Positions 37,285 to 48,217 of a stretch of 64,000 nt of DNA are shown one piece after another. The position numbers and the translations under genes are program-made. The notes under the pieces are model-generated. The model was not told the DNA's origin. It worked only from the letters and a program-made list of their open reading frames with translations, and ran no database searches. The stretch is from the IMG/VR virus record IMGVR_UViG_3300050821_013430, positions 1-64,000 of that record; one strand, written 5' to 3'. Numbering within the stretch: the stretch's first letter is position 1; the number at the start of each line of letters is the position of its first letter.

Positions 37285-39249
37285 TTATATAGTTCCAGCG
37301 GTCGGTAATTTATTTACCCATCTGTTTTGTATAAATACATTGTCTCCCGTAATATTGATATCTCCCGTAGCACTAAAATTCATTTCTCTCGCCTGAACTG
37401 CCACTCTATTTGGTGTAGAAACGATTACACCGTCATTACTAATTCTTACCATTGTCATAGTAAAGCCATCGTGTAATACCCTAATATCTATATTTCCACC
37501 CCTAAATGCATTATTGACACTTTGGAATCGACTATCATTGCTAACCGTTGTTCCACCGATTTGTAAAATTAAATCGCCATCCATACTGATGGCAGCACTA
37601 ACATTGTTTAGGTCTCTACCGAAATTGGCAACCATTCCACCAGCCGTGTCTAACCATAATGATTGTCGATCAATTGTATTAGCGCCAACATTAAGGGAAA
37701 GAAACCCGTCTAAATTGATGGTACCGCTGCGACCACCGGCATTAGCATTATCACCGGAAACATTGATAGTACTATTGACTAAATTATTTATGAGAGGAAT
37801 TGATGAAAGATCAAAGTTAGGGAAGTAAAGGGATTGTTGAAAAAGAGAAAAATTAGCAGATTGCAAAGTATAACAAGTATCGGTAATCGAGTGAAAAGTA
37901 GTACCGTATTGAATATGCTGTCCGGTAAGACGATCAATTGGGGTCGCAGCAGAACCGCCATCCAAAACCGATATCTCTCCAGTTCCGAAAGCATCTAAGT
38001 AGATATCCAAGTTATCATTATTTTTGATTAATTTGTTTGGATTGCTATTATCATCCGTTCCAAATGTAGAATAATTTTCATATCTGGTCAATAGTGAAAT
38101 GTTTCCAGTTTCAGAAGAAGCTGGAATATTGATCTTGAATTGCCCTTCTTTATCGACATCAAAAAAGAATCGGCTGCGGGTGCGGGCATAATCAGCAGAA
38201 GAGTTGATATCTGGTAATTGAAGCTGTCCGTTAGATCCGGTCAAATCTTTTCGAGCATTTATCTCAAAATGATAGGCGATACTTTTTCTTTCCAAAGTTT
38301 TGATTTGATCGAAAATTTTATCTTTAGTAGTATTACCTTGTGAAGTTTTCAGAGTAAGATTATTTTGTCCAATTGGAATGGCAGACCTATTAAGATCTAG
38401 AACATTTCCAAATATATCCACTACTGTACCCGACACCTTCTCCATTAGAAAATTAGGAGATACTAAAGAAAGACTGAGAGTATCAGAACGAGAGGCGCGG
38501 CGGTTAGGAAGAATATATGTGGGAGCCATTTGTCCCGTATTAGCATAGATATTGGCCTCAGTAATATCATCTGAGACATTACTACTATAGGCAAATTCAT
38601 ATACCATTTCCCGATGTTCTACGAAGGGAGGATTTTTACTGGTGCTGCGAGAAGCAAAATTAGTTCCCATAGAGGGATCCAGTCCTACCGGAAATAAATT
38701 AGAATCGTACATATCATCAGTAAGCTTCATCGAATCTGGATAATTAGTATTAGGGGCCAAATCTCTTTTTACAACGCCATTTACAAATCTGGAAGATTCC
38801 GTAAAAGAATAGATATTACTAAAATTGGTAGTATATTTATTAAGAATATGACTACTACTTGTGTCCAAATGGATATTTTGATTATCAGATCCTATAAAAA
38901 TGTCAGGATCACTCAGAGACATTTTAGTAGTATCAGTGGCTTGAACTAATATCTCACCATCCACCAAATCAGGAATTTGAGATATATTACTAACCCTAAA
39001 TGATACGAAATACCAACTACCGCCCTCGCCTTGTCCAATAATAATTGGGGTGCCTGCTTGTACTTTGCCACCAATAAAGGCACCAGAAACTGAATAAAAA
39101 GAAAAAGGAATTTGGACTCTCCTTTTTTTGTCTTGTGGAATAGTTTGGGCAGACATATCCAATTCAGCTTCAATAAATCCTCTTTGAGGGTTGTGACTAA
39201 CTACTTTGGCTAATCGAAGTAGCCCTACTGGTTGAACATTACTGGTCAT
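37285..39249 (-). CDS. Central spike protein (gp5/VgrG-like)
   Basis: N-terminal OB-fold-like segment (LAKVVSHNPQRGFIEA), C-terminal beta-strand repeats (ATGDINITGDNVFI); follows the hub gene. Confidence 0.6.
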   Translation of the reverse strand: MTSNVQPVGLLRLAKVVSHNPQRGFIEAELDMSAQTIPQDKKRRVQIPFSFYSVSGAFIGGKVQAGTPIIIGQGEGGSWYFVSFRVSNISQIPDLVDGEILVQATDTTKMSLSDPDIFIGSDNQNIHLDTSSSHILNKYTTNFSNIYSFTESSRFVNGVVKRDLAPNTNYPDSMKLTDDMYDSNLFPVGLDPSMGTNFASRSTSKNPPFVEHREMVYEFAYSSNVSDDITEANIYANTGQMAPTYILPNRRASRSDTLSLSLVSPNFLMEKVSGTVVDIFGNVLDLNRSAIPIGQNNLTLKTSQGNTTKDKIFDQIKTLERKSIAYHFEINARKDLTGSNGQLQLPDINSSADYARTRSRFFFDVDKEGQFKINIPASSETGNISLLTRYENYSTFGTDDNSNPNKLIKNNDNLDIYLDAFGTGEISVLDGGSAATPIDRLTGQHIQYGTTFHSITDTCYTLQSANFSLFQQSLYFPNFDLSSIPLINNLVNSTINVSGDNANAGGRSGTINLDGFLSLNVGANTIDRQSLWLDTAGGMVANFGRDLNNVSAAISMDGDLILQIGGTTVSNDSRFQSVNNAFRGGNIDIRVLHDGFTMTMVRISNDGVIVSTPNRVAVQAREMNFSATGDINITGDNVFIQNRWVNKLPTAGTI

Positions 39250-42200
39250 TGTGGTATTGGATTAGTGTTAGAAAAATAAACTGTGCAGTCTATAATATAT
39301 CGATAAAGAGAATCAGAAACATCGGTATTAATAGCATCAGTACTACTACTTGTGAGATTGGCTTGATTTCTAGCTAAATCCCAAGCCTTCTGACTAGGGC
39401 TTCTAAAATTATTGGCATTACCAAGATTTACCGCTACCACACTAACTGCGTTAGATGGCAGTGATTTGGTAGTGCTGCCACCTAAAGTGGGATTAGTGGG
39501 CGAAAAGCCGGTACCAGTTAGTTTTTGTTGTAGAGAATTTGCTGCTGATTGTAATGTTTCATCAACGGCGCCACCATTATAGAAGATGCGAAGCTCAACG
39601 GTAGGGCTTACATTAGAGCCTGGTAAATTGAGAGAGCCTACCGCATAAGAAGCGACATATTGTACATTTGAGAACACTGTATTATTGAGAGTAGCGTTGC
39701 TACCGCTGAAAAGTTGGTCATCAATTGAACTAAAACCAGAAGAATCTGGATTGATAGCAAAAGCCCCAATGTTAGATTCATTAAAATTACTCTGATGGCG
39801 ATAGGTAACATAGTTAGATTGGTCTCGATTATTATAGAGTAATTTACCAATGATGTCAGTTGGGGTTGGAATATATTCACCTGGATTATGACCATAACTT
39901 AATTCTAATGTGGTGGTGAATGTGCCACCAAAATTGAACTGATGTGAGACGCTATGTACGTAAAATAATATATCTAAATCTTCAATATATACGACCTCGC
40001 CTGGCTGCATATATTCATTTCCTGCTATAGCAACTCTACCGTGAAAAATGTTTCGGCGGGCGCGGGATAGTAATGATGCAGCATACGGGGCGCACTGAGA
40101 TTGGGGATTAGAAAGGAATGGAACTGGAATTGCATGCCTATTTTGCACTCCATAAATTCTCCAAAGATCATAATCGATCGCAGCGCCGGTAACTAAAGCA
40201 TTTCCGCCTTCTGCGAAAGCATTGAGGTCAGATGGTAATAATCCATTGTTAATGTAGGGATCTAATAATCCTTGAACTTCGATATAAGTAAATTCCGGCT
40301 TTTGCTCCAAAATATTCATTGAAATAATTTGATAGTTATGAATTACATATCTAGAACCAGAGCCCGGGCCTAAATCATCATAAGATTCATCTTCAATCAT
40401 ATTCTCGAATATTTCAGGAATATTACTGTTACCATAGAGATCCGGAAGCAAAAGTTTATTGGCTACCGTTTTGTCATTTGGATCATTGAGGGCTATTGCT
40501 TCCTGTGCATTTTTAATAGCAACGCTGAGATTTTTTAACGCTTTTTGTCTATTAGAAACCTGAGTTGCCATATCATTAGTTACTTTAATTATATCTACCT
40601 GACTTTTGGCAGAAGTTAATAAGGTAAGATTTCCCTGCGCGTCTTGTTGTAGGAAATTATCAAGTGTCACTGGCTGGCCGGTTTTACTACTTATGATCTT
40701 TTTCAGCGAATTTATTCTATCAATGCTGATAGTAAGAGACGGAGCCTCTATCAGTGATACCGCTAATTGGGCCCTAACTGCACTATTGAAAAGATTGGTG
40801 TTGGTAGAAAGTTGATTACTAAGATTAGCGGTGAAAGTTTGATCAATAGAACTAAATTTTAGGTCTGGATTTGTTTCTTTGTCAAATTGTGAGAAATCAG
40901 AAATACTACCACCTGTATCTCCGACAACCGGATCGCTAATAAAAGTAAAATTACCGTTAGCACCTAATCCAATAGCATTATTGGTATTTAATGCCGATTG
41001 AACTGAAATGTCATCGTTATATCCAATTAATGCTCCATCTAGTCTTATCTGGTTTTCCACTATTTCTACTTGATTTCTAAGACTAGTAATTTGGTCTACG
41101 AATAAGTCTTCAATAAATTGAGGAAATAGTTGTATTCCGGATTGCTGTCTAAGTTGTATCATCCGATAGAAAACTGAACTTGGCATTCTATTATATTGCT
41201 CTGGTCTAATTCTGATGTGACCCTGAGTATCGCAAAAAACTTCCAAATTCAATAATTGAGCTACCGTTCCAATTTGTTGTTTAACGGTAGTAAATTCGCT
41301 CTTAAACAAACTCAAATTATCTGATAGAGATTTGCCGAAAGCGATGATATCATAATCCTTATCATAAGAATCATCTACGATAAGTAAATTTTTATCTTGA
41401 TTGGATCGGACTGCCCAGGACATTCTTCGAGTTAGAAAATTGACTTTCTTTCTTAGAAGCGCTCTATTCCCGGGCTGAGTAATATCAGCATTGCTAGTGG
41501 AATTATTTAGAAACTCACCACTATCATATGAAACATCATTTCCTACTACTGTTAGCGGAATTGCTGACGAACCCAAAGAACCGGTGATATTACCTGAGAT
41601 ATTGCCTAATTGAGTTTGTAAGGTCTGAATCTGATTTTGTAAATTTTGGCTCTCATCGGGGCCAGCTTTGGCCATCAAATTTTGAGTGTCCTGAATTTGT
41701 TGTAATAAACTATCCACCTGAGAATTGATCTGACCAATAAAAATGGATTGCTGAGCCATTGCTTGAAAAGTTTGTTCTGGTACCACCAATTTCTTGAACG
41801 GAATAAAATCTCCCCATAATAAATTATTCTTTTGTAAGTTAGAAGTAATTCCTAAATAGAAAGAGAATGATGAATCTCGATTATTTTGGGGGTCTCGTTG
41901 AATATTATCTAACTCCGCTACTGCCTTAAAATAAGTGGCATAATTGTACGGTAGGCCAGTAATAAGTAGAGACAAGACGTTCATAATATCTTGCCCAGCA
42001 AACGGTTCGGATGTAATAGCGGGCGTTCTTACGGTATTAGGGTCGTTAGCATTAAACGAATCGCCAAACTGAACGAAAATACCAATACCCTGTTTCCATT
42101 TATAGACTAAACCATCTGGTAAATACATAATATTCCGCGTACCACCACGACTATCTATTTCTACCGCCTGTACCAAATTATCAGTCGAGGCTAATTGACC

Positions 42201-44054
42201 GGCCAATCTACCACTTTTGTGCTTGATGATATTTTCTTCCAAAATGGCTTGATTTTCTGGAAGAAGCGGGGGAGCGTTGCCCTTGAAGTTATCGGAGACT
42301 GTATCGAATTTAGTCTGAAACGGGGTTAGCGGATCAAATAGGGGGCCATTGAAAGTATCTACGGCTGGTTTGAGATTGACTACACCCATCTCTAAATAGC
42401 CCATATTATCAGTGCCTTGTACCTCCAATACATATTTGCCATTAGACCAATTACTTTGAGATTGACTTACTAATCCACCAAAAACATGTATCCCTTCTTT
42501 TTCTGTAACGAAAAGATTTCGTAATAGTGTCCATAATTGATCAGGACAATCAACGCCAACATATATAGATTTTTCAATCTGTGTATTCAGATCCCCGGAT
42601 GGATTGAAAAGTGTATTGAATTGGTTTTTCAGATCAAAAACGGTGTTATTGAGATTTTGTAAATAGCCAAGGCCAGTTAGCATATTTTGCAGCCCGCCTA
42701 TTACCTTATTATCTAATCTAGATTTGGAGTTCATGTAAACATTGACTTGATCCAAGGGTTGGGCGATGAATTTGCCACCGTAATGAAACCTCAACATTTT
42801 TCGAGCATGTCGAGTAATATTGGAAAACTGATTGAAATTAGCCTGAGAACTATTCATCAAAGTCATCTGATCAAAGATAGACTTGATTGCGGCAGTAAAA
42901 AGAGTCAGTTCAGAAGGGCTCAGTCCTTGATCTTCTACGGCAGGGGCACCCTGCAAACTATCAGGGCTAACATTGACTCCGTTGCTAGAAGAAAATGGAT
43001 CAGAGAACGGATTGAAAGTGAAATTGAGCTCTACTCCTAAGGCATCAATAATGGCGCGCACTTTTTTACCAAGTAAGGTATTAGGACTAATAGAAAATTC
43101 AATAGCACTAGCACCACGTGCTACTCGTGCTTGATTTAGTTGATTGATGTTATCGGCTACTACATTGTTGATATCGTTTTGTCCTTGTACAAAGGCCGGA
43201 CTGGTAAAGAAAATATTGTTGGCATCACTTAGAGCCTGCTCAATGTCATAGTTAGTGATACGGGTAATTTTATATGGGTCTTCAATTGAAAAATTGAAAG
43301 TACCACCGGAGCCACCCATAGAATCGATATGAATACTAGTACTTATATTAGTGATATTGGTCAATTCAATAACACCAGTGCCATATGCCATATCAGTCCT
43401 AAATAATGGATTGACATCAGTTAGCCAGGTGGTGTAAGGGGTATCATGAGAAAAGGCTTGCACCGTACGAATTTTGTCAATGACTCCACTAAGTTGGGAA
43501 AAGGCTTGTAGAAAACCACCCGGATCGTCAGACTGTGGACTAAAATTACTAGTCAGATCACTGAAAGAATCGGCAGCATCATCCACTAAATTGATGATCA
43601 ACGGCATTAGATGGTAGTCTAATCTTCCGGTGGTAGTACTAACTCGTTCGATTTTAGCCAATTTTTCTAGAGCTGCGATTTGACGACATTTATTGAGGAA
43701 GAGAAATTTGGATGCGCGATAATAGAGTTTCTCATCCTGATCCATATACTCGCTGCGAAAATTTTCCGCCAGTGTGGAAAACGCACGTTTTTTAAGTAAA
43801 ACAGTCATATCTGGTTCTTGCCATAACATCTCATATGGCTCAGGATCAACATTGAATTGATCAAATCTGATATAGCCTTGTTCTAGGTATCTTCGTTCCG
43901 CTGACTGATCAATTTTACTGGCAAAATCACCAAGAGCGCCTAGTTTTTTGACCTGACCATTCTCGACAATATCGAGGGTATTCATTTGATTTTCACCAAT
44001 TCCAAATTGTTCTTGGATTTGATTGGAAAGACCGGTCAAAAAATCGTTAGACAT
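39246..44054 (-). CDS. Baseplate hub protein (gp27/gpD-like) with large insertions
   Basis: LEVFCDTQGHIRIRP and GRVAIAGNEYMQPGEVVYI...FYVHSVSHQF..GGTFTTTLELSYG. Confidence 0.72.
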   Translation of the reverse strand: MSNDFLTGLSNQIQEQFGIGENQMNTLDIVENGQVKKLGALGDFASKIDQSAERRYLEQGYIRFDQFNVDPEPYEMLWQEPDMTVLLKKRAFSTLAENFRSEYMDQDEKLYYRASKFLFLNKCRQIAALEKLAKIERVSTTTGRLDYHLMPLIINLVDDAADSFSDLTSNFSPQSDDPGGFLQAFSQLSGVIDKIRTVQAFSHDTPYTTWLTDVNPLFRTDMAYGTGVIELTNITNISTSIHIDSMGGSGGTFNFSIEDPYKITRITNYDIEQALSDANNIFFTSPAFVQGQNDINNVVADNINQLNQARVARGASAIEFSISPNTLLGKKVRAIIDALGVELNFTFNPFSDPFSSSNGVNVSPDSLQGAPAVEDQGLSPSELTLFTAAIKSIFDQMTLMNSSQANFNQFSNITRHARKMLRFHYGGKFIAQPLDQVNVYMNSKSRLDNKVIGGLQNMLTGLGYLQNLNNTVFDLKNQFNTLFNPSGDLNTQIEKSIYVGVDCPDQLWTLLRNLFVTEKEGIHVFGGLVSQSQSNWSNGKYVLEVQGTDNMGYLEMGVVNLKPAVDTFNGPLFDPLTPFQTKFDTVSDNFKGNAPPLLPENQAILEENIIKHKSGRLAGQLASTDNLVQAVEIDSRGGTRNIMYLPDGLVYKWKQGIGIFVQFGDSFNANDPNTVRTPAITSEPFAGQDIMNVLSLLITGLPYNYATYFKAVAELDNIQRDPQNNRDSSFSFYLGITSNLQKNNLLWGDFIPFKKLVVPEQTFQAMAQQSIFIGQINSQVDSLLQQIQDTQNLMAKAGPDESQNLQNQIQTLQTQLGNISGNITGSLGSSAIPLTVVGNDVSYDSGEFLNNSTSNADITQPGNRALLRKKVNFLTRRMSWAVRSNQDKNLLIVDDSYDKDYDIIAFGKSLSDNLSLFKSEFTTVKQQIGTVAQLLNLEVFCDTQGHIRIRPEQYNRMPSSVFYRMIQLRQQSGIQLFPQFIEDLFVDQITSLRNQVEIVENQIRLDGALIGYNDDISVQSALNTNNAIGLGANGNFTFISDPVVGDTGGSISDFSQFDKETNPDLKFSSIDQTFTANLSNQLSTNTNLFNSAVRAQLAVSLIEAPSLTISIDRINSLKKIISSKTGQPVTLDNFLQQDAQGNLTLLTSAKSQVDIIKVTNDMATQVSNRQKALKNLSVAIKNAQEAIALNDPNDKTVANKLLLPDLYGNSNIPEIFENMIEDESYDDLGPGSGSRYVIHNYQIISMNILEQKPEFTYIEVQGLLDPYINNGLLPSDLNAFAEGGNALVTGAAIDYDLWRIYGVQNRHAIPVPFLSNPQSQCAPYAASLLSRARRNIFHGRVAIAGNEYMQPGEVVYIEDLDILFYVHSVSHQFNFGGTFTTTLELSYGHNPGEYIPTPTDIIGKLLYNNRDQSNYVTYRHQSNFNESNIGAFAINPDSSGFSSIDDQLFSGSNATLNNTVFSNVQYVASYAVGSLNLPGSNVSPTVELRIFYNGGAVDETLQSAANSLQQKLTGTGFSPTNPTLGGSTTKSLPSNAVSVVAVNLGNANNFRSPSQKAWDLARNQANLTSSSTDAINTDVSDSLYRYIIDCTVYFSNTNPIPQ

Positions 44055-44746
44055 TAGGTAGCCTTCTTTCGATGACGTGTTCGTCTAACACCATCCAGTA
44101 AATTTTGTTTGGCACTCAGTGGTCGAAGATTTTCGAGTGCCCAACATTTCTTGAAATTTTCATCTTCCATAGAAGTATAAGGAAGATCGGATTGTGGAGT
44201 AATATGATCGATCTGCCAAGTCCAAGTAGCGGGATCGTTGTCGTCCCACGTTTTGACATTGTATGGGCCACGATTTCCCCAATTCATCCAAGCATTATGG
44301 CCAACCCATTGACTCTCAATATGAGCCATAACTTCTGATATAGGATTAGGAAGGTAAGTTTTGACCGATTTCCCTTTTTTGGAAGAACCGGCCCTTTTGA
44401 GATCAGCAGATACGCGCCTAGAAATATCCTGCCTCATAGCAAAAGAAGGATCCTTAGACCTTCTTTTCTTTTCTGTTTCTCTCCGTGAAACCCTAATGGT
44501 CTCTATATTCTGATTGTAGTATGCTTTCTTAGCCTCTTTGGTACGTTCATAATAGTTTTTCGCGGAGGCCTTGATGCGTTCTTTATTTGTTTCACGATAC
44601 GTTTTGAAGTATTCATGTCTAACTTCGCTAATAGATTCTTTATGTTCGTTTCGATATTCTATAAGATATGAGAGCCTGCACTCACGACACTGGCATCCGT
44701 GGTATTTCTCTTTCTCCAATCCGCAATCTTTACAAATGATCAACAT
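44054..44746 (-). CDS. Free-standing HNH homing endonuclease (family copy 3)
   Basis: CKDC...CREC; WTWQIDHITPQS...KCWALENLRPLSAKQN. Confidence 0.85.
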   Translation of the reverse strand: MLIICKDCGLEKEKYHGCQCRECRLSYLIEYRNEHKESISEVRHEYFKTYRETNKERIKASAKNYYERTKEAKKAYYNQNIETIRVSRRETEKKRRSKDPSFAMRQDISRRVSADLKRAGSSKKGKSVKTYLPNPISEVMAHIESQWVGHNAWMNWGNRGPYNVKTWDDNDPATWTWQIDHITPQSDLPYTSMEDENFKKCWALENLRPLSAKQNLLDGVRRTRHRKKAT

Positions 44747-44754
44747 GCTTTACC

Positions 44755-44762
44755 TATATCCC
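44755..44762 (-). promoter_or_regulatory. SSGATATA motif (GGGATATA), 8 nt before ATG
   Basis: Recurrent intergenic motif. Confidence 0.5.
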
Positions 44763-44801
44763 GTTCGCCCTAAATTTACGCCAGATCATATTCATTGATT
44801 T

Positions 44802-45749
44802 TTAGAACTGATTATTGTTCAATTTAGCGAAAGTGAGTGGGATTCCGCCAGCCACATCGTTATTGGAGGGGCCGGAAATAGCAGACCTCTGAAAAGCGAA
44901 ACTATTGGTGCGATATCCGCGACGCTGTGACGCAGTAAATTGAATGTCGTACTCAAAAAGACTGAAATGATCTGAACTTTCGGTCCAACTCATCGACTCG
45001 AACCACCCCCTGTACACCCAACCTGAGTAATACATCTCTACCGCAAATGCTAATGATGCTAAACTAGGTATATTTCTGGGGGCCAGAGAATTTAGTTGAT
45101 TAGTCCCAAATATTCCTTGAGCAATTCCCGACCCCAGTAATCCACCTATATCCCCTCCAATACTACTTCCACCAGCACCAAACGCTCCTCCGATTACATT
45201 ACCAGCGGCACTACCAATAGAATTACCAATTCCAGTGACCAACTGATTGGCTGCGCCAATTGCGGCATTATTGGCCGCAAGGGATAAGCCTACCGCGTCA
45301 AAAGCGTATTGTTCGGCTCGATAAATTTCATAAAGGACGTTGATGCCTTCGATGCCAGAACTACCGGTAGTACCCCTTATGCTAATGTTGGTAAGTTCCT
45401 CACCCCAATACTGGGCGACGAACCCGCCCTTAGTGCGCTCTTTGCTGATGATCTTCTTATTGGAGATAACCAAGTTATTCGGATTGACATACATCTTAAT
45501 CACTCCAAACTCGGGTATAAAAAAGCTGATTAGGTTTCTCTGACGCTCTGCCAACAGACCATATTGTTGATGGCTAGATGGTAAGCCATCGCCATCCGCT
45601 AGTGGTACACCTGGCACAGTAAAACCATTGTTAGTATCGTCATTGCCATTATTAGGATTGGCTAATGAATTAACGCCAGTATTTAGCCCGGTTACTGCGC
45701 TATTGATGCCATTGATTGCATTTGAGAGTGTTTGGTCGATTCCTGCCAT
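44802..45749 (-). CDS. Tail tube initiator / baseplate tube-like protein
   Basis: MYVNPNNL...ERTKGG...YWGEELTNISIRGTTG...YRGWFESMSWTE; between tape measure and hub. Confidence 0.6.
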   Translation of the reverse strand: MAGIDQTLSNAINGINSAVTGLNTGVNSLANPNNGNDDTNNGFTVPGVPLADGDGLPSSHQQYGLLAERQRNLISFFIPEFGVIKMYVNPNNLVISNKKIISKERTKGGFVAQYWGEELTNISIRGTTGSSGIEGINVLYEIYRAEQYAFDAVGLSLAANNAAIGAANQLVTGIGNSIGSAAGNVIGGAFGAGGSSIGGDIGGLLGSGIAQGIFGTNQLNSLAPRNIPSLASLAFAVEMYYSGWVYRGWFESMSWTESSDHFSLFEYDIQFTASQRRGYRTNSFAFQRSAISGPSNNDVAGGIPLTFAKLNNNQF

Positions 45750-45763
45750 TAGTTATCCTTAGT

Positions 45764-47863
45764 TTAGTATCCTGGTTCGTTCGAGGGAATAGGTGCGATT
45801 GCGTGAACTTGCGCATCTTGTAAAGTGCCTTGATTACCTTTGATTACTAGTGTTCCGGTTAGTTGCATCTTTCTGGGTTGTTGAGGCGGGGCGGTATGAT
45901 GACCAGCTGGGGCGGGGCCTCCGGGATTCGGTCTAGCTAAAGACGCTTGCACTTGATCTCGAATGGTGCCTGGTGGCATTTGACGAGGCATCGTTCCGCG
46001 CTGAGGCATCATTGGTTCGCTGGTAAAAAGTTGCTTGAAAGTATCTGGCATACCCTTAGCAACACCTAATAACTGAGGTATATCTTGACCCAAAGACTGT
46101 AATAAGGCCTGCCAATTGCCAGGAGACCGTTCTGCTTCGGAAGCGAATATTCTGCCTGTTGCCCCTCTTTCTGCTTGTCTTCCTTCTGAACGCATCCTAT
46201 TCATCAAATCTGTGGCTGCAGGATTCTGCACCTCTCCGGCCCCGCCGAGCATACCTCGTGCGGTACGAGCAGTCGCAATTCCTCCCATCATCTTCCCCCA
46301 CTCAGTGTTAGCAACGATTTGATTGAGGGCGGTGAGAGAACGTGATTGAATATCCGCTCCCTTTTCAGTAGTCTTAGCGAGAAGGGAAGCGGCATCTTTT
46401 TCTTGCAGTTTTCCTCCCGGTTTGGCTAAAGCGGCGATGATATCAGTGGCCTGTGCTTCACTCATGCCTTTTCCAATCCCGAATACTCCGCTGGTTATCA
46501 TTTGACGTTCACGAGTGAATTGGGCTGCCGATGCCTGACTCTGCGTAGCTTGCTGTAGAGTAGTAATTTGTCCGCCCATTTGTTGAGTCATAAGTTGGCG
46601 AACCTTATCAAAGACCTCGCCTGATTTTCCGGTTTTCAACATCTGTTCGATTTGTGCCGCTCCCATTAGACCACCAGGGCCACCAGTTCGAGAAGAAATC
46701 AAAGCCTCCTGTGCAGTACTAAGATGAGCCAATTGCCCCTGCAAATCGCCCGCAAGCTCAGCCGCGGTCTTCATACTCACTCCGCCATCGCGAAGGCCTT
46801 GAAAGAGTTTGGCAAAATTCTCTGCAGCACCGTCAGCATTGTCGCCTAAGAACTTGAATTGGCTGGATACATCTTCCATATAACTAACTGCATCTGACAT
46901 TCCAACGCCTAATTCTTGGCTTAATTCAGCGGTTCTAGCGATATATTCATTGGCCTGTTGTCCGCTCAAACCATAATTGGCCTGTGCCACTGACAATTGT
47001 TGCATCACTTGATCCAAGGTTTGCCCAGTACCAGCTGCTAACTTGCTGACGTCACTAAAAGCATGAGTCTGATCTATAACGTTTTGGGTAGCATCACCTA
47101 CCGTGCGTAAATTGCCTGGTATCCTAGCCCATTGATTGTAATAATTGACTACATCTTCAGCTGACATTCCGGTAGTTTTACTTACACCTTGCAAAAGTTC
47201 AGTTTGAGTCTCTAACATTGAATCGAGATTACGTAAGTGAGGACCTGCGGCCTCTATCACTTGACCAAAAGAACCGCCTGCAGCTGCTGCTTGTAGGAAT
47301 CCCATCTGCAATTTGATGGCACTATCTGCGCCAGCAGCAAAACGATCAACTAACCCACCCATTATTTCTTTGGCTTTGTCTAGCCCAAATTGACCCGCCA
47401 CTTTTCCCAGATCGATTCCAAACATCTTGGTAAGAGCGCCTATCATAGGATCAGCAATAGTAGTAATGCCACTGATGCTAGATTTGAGGGACGTCAATTG
47501 ATTATTGAAAGTGCTAACGCCCCTAACATCACCAAACCCATCAAATGCTTTGGAAGCGCCGAAAGCGGCCACAGTCAATACACCAATAGCGTTAGCGGCC
47601 TGAGGGCTCTGAACAGTAATATCCGATAGATTAGATTTCAGTTTGTCGAGGGCCTTATTCGCCTCTTCTTCAATGATCTTATCTACATTCTTGAACTTAT
47701 CACCTAATCTTTGTAATGCGTCTTTTGCGGACGTGATTCCTTGATTAGCAAGTTCTTGTAGTTTCTGCTTATACTTTTCGATGCTAGCAGACGACTCATC
47801 CAGAATCTTTTGTTGAGATTCTATCTGCTGTGTAAGACCACTGATGTCGACGGTATCGGCCAC
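45764..47863 (-). CDS. Tape measure protein
   Basis: Ala/Gly/Gln-rich helical protein directly after the frameshifted chaperone pair. Confidence 0.7.
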   Translation of the reverse strand: MADTVDISGLTQQIESQQKILDESSASIEKYKQKLQELANQGITSAKDALQRLGDKFKNVDKIIEEEANKALDKLKSNLSDITVQSPQAANAIGVLTVAAFGASKAFDGFGDVRGVSTFNNQLTSLKSSISGITTIADPMIGALTKMFGIDLGKVAGQFGLDKAKEIMGGLVDRFAAGADSAIKLQMGFLQAAAAGGSFGQVIEAAGPHLRNLDSMLETQTELLQGVSKTTGMSAEDVVNYYNQWARIPGNLRTVGDATQNVIDQTHAFSDVSKLAAGTGQTLDQVMQQLSVAQANYGLSGQQANEYIARTAELSQELGVGMSDAVSYMEDVSSQFKFLGDNADGAAENFAKLFQGLRDGGVSMKTAAELAGDLQGQLAHLSTAQEALISSRTGGPGGLMGAAQIEQMLKTGKSGEVFDKVRQLMTQQMGGQITTLQQATQSQASAAQFTRERQMITSGVFGIGKGMSEAQATDIIAALAKPGGKLQEKDAASLLAKTTEKGADIQSRSLTALNQIVANTEWGKMMGGIATARTARGMLGGAGEVQNPAATDLMNRMRSEGRQAERGATGRIFASEAERSPGNWQALLQSLGQDIPQLLGVAKGMPDTFKQLFTSEPMMPQRGTMPRQMPPGTIRDQVQASLARPNPGGPAPAGHHTAPPQQPRKMQLTGTLVIKGNQGTLQDAQVHAIAPIPSNEPGY

Positions 47864-47866
47864 TTA

Positions 47867-48217
47867 TTACTCCTTGAGGTGTTTCTTCCGCTTCTTACGC
47901 ACTGGCTCTGGACTTGCGTTCTTATCTTGCTGCACAAACTCCCATGACTTCTCAAATTCCTTGTCCGAAGACGCATACTGATTACTTCCTTCTCCGGTTA
48001 GTTGTTTGACTGCTTCCGGATTCCAGAAGGATCCTATTAGATATGCAGTATTTTTAGCCAGTTCTGCTTCGTCTAATTGATCGGCCCACCAGTTATGAAA
48101 CATCCAAACCTTCATAATTGGATCTAAATCCTCTAACATTTGACTGTCGGGAGCCTGGCTAAACATTTCGCATAGGTGCCAATGGAAACGTTGTTCCGGC
48201 TCGTTGGCTATTTTTTT
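47867..48217 (-). CDS. Tail assembly chaperone, C-terminal (GT-type) part reached by -1 frameshift
   Basis: The -1 frame is open from the slippery site through IANEPEQRFHWHLCE into MFSQAPDS. Confidence 0.75.
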   Translation of the reverse strand, partial: KKIANEPEQRFHWHLCEMFSQAPDSQMLEDLDPIMKVWMFHNWWADQLDEAELAKNTAYLIGSFWNPEAVKQLTGEGSNQYASSDKEFEKSWEFVQQDKNASPEPVRKKRKKHLKE

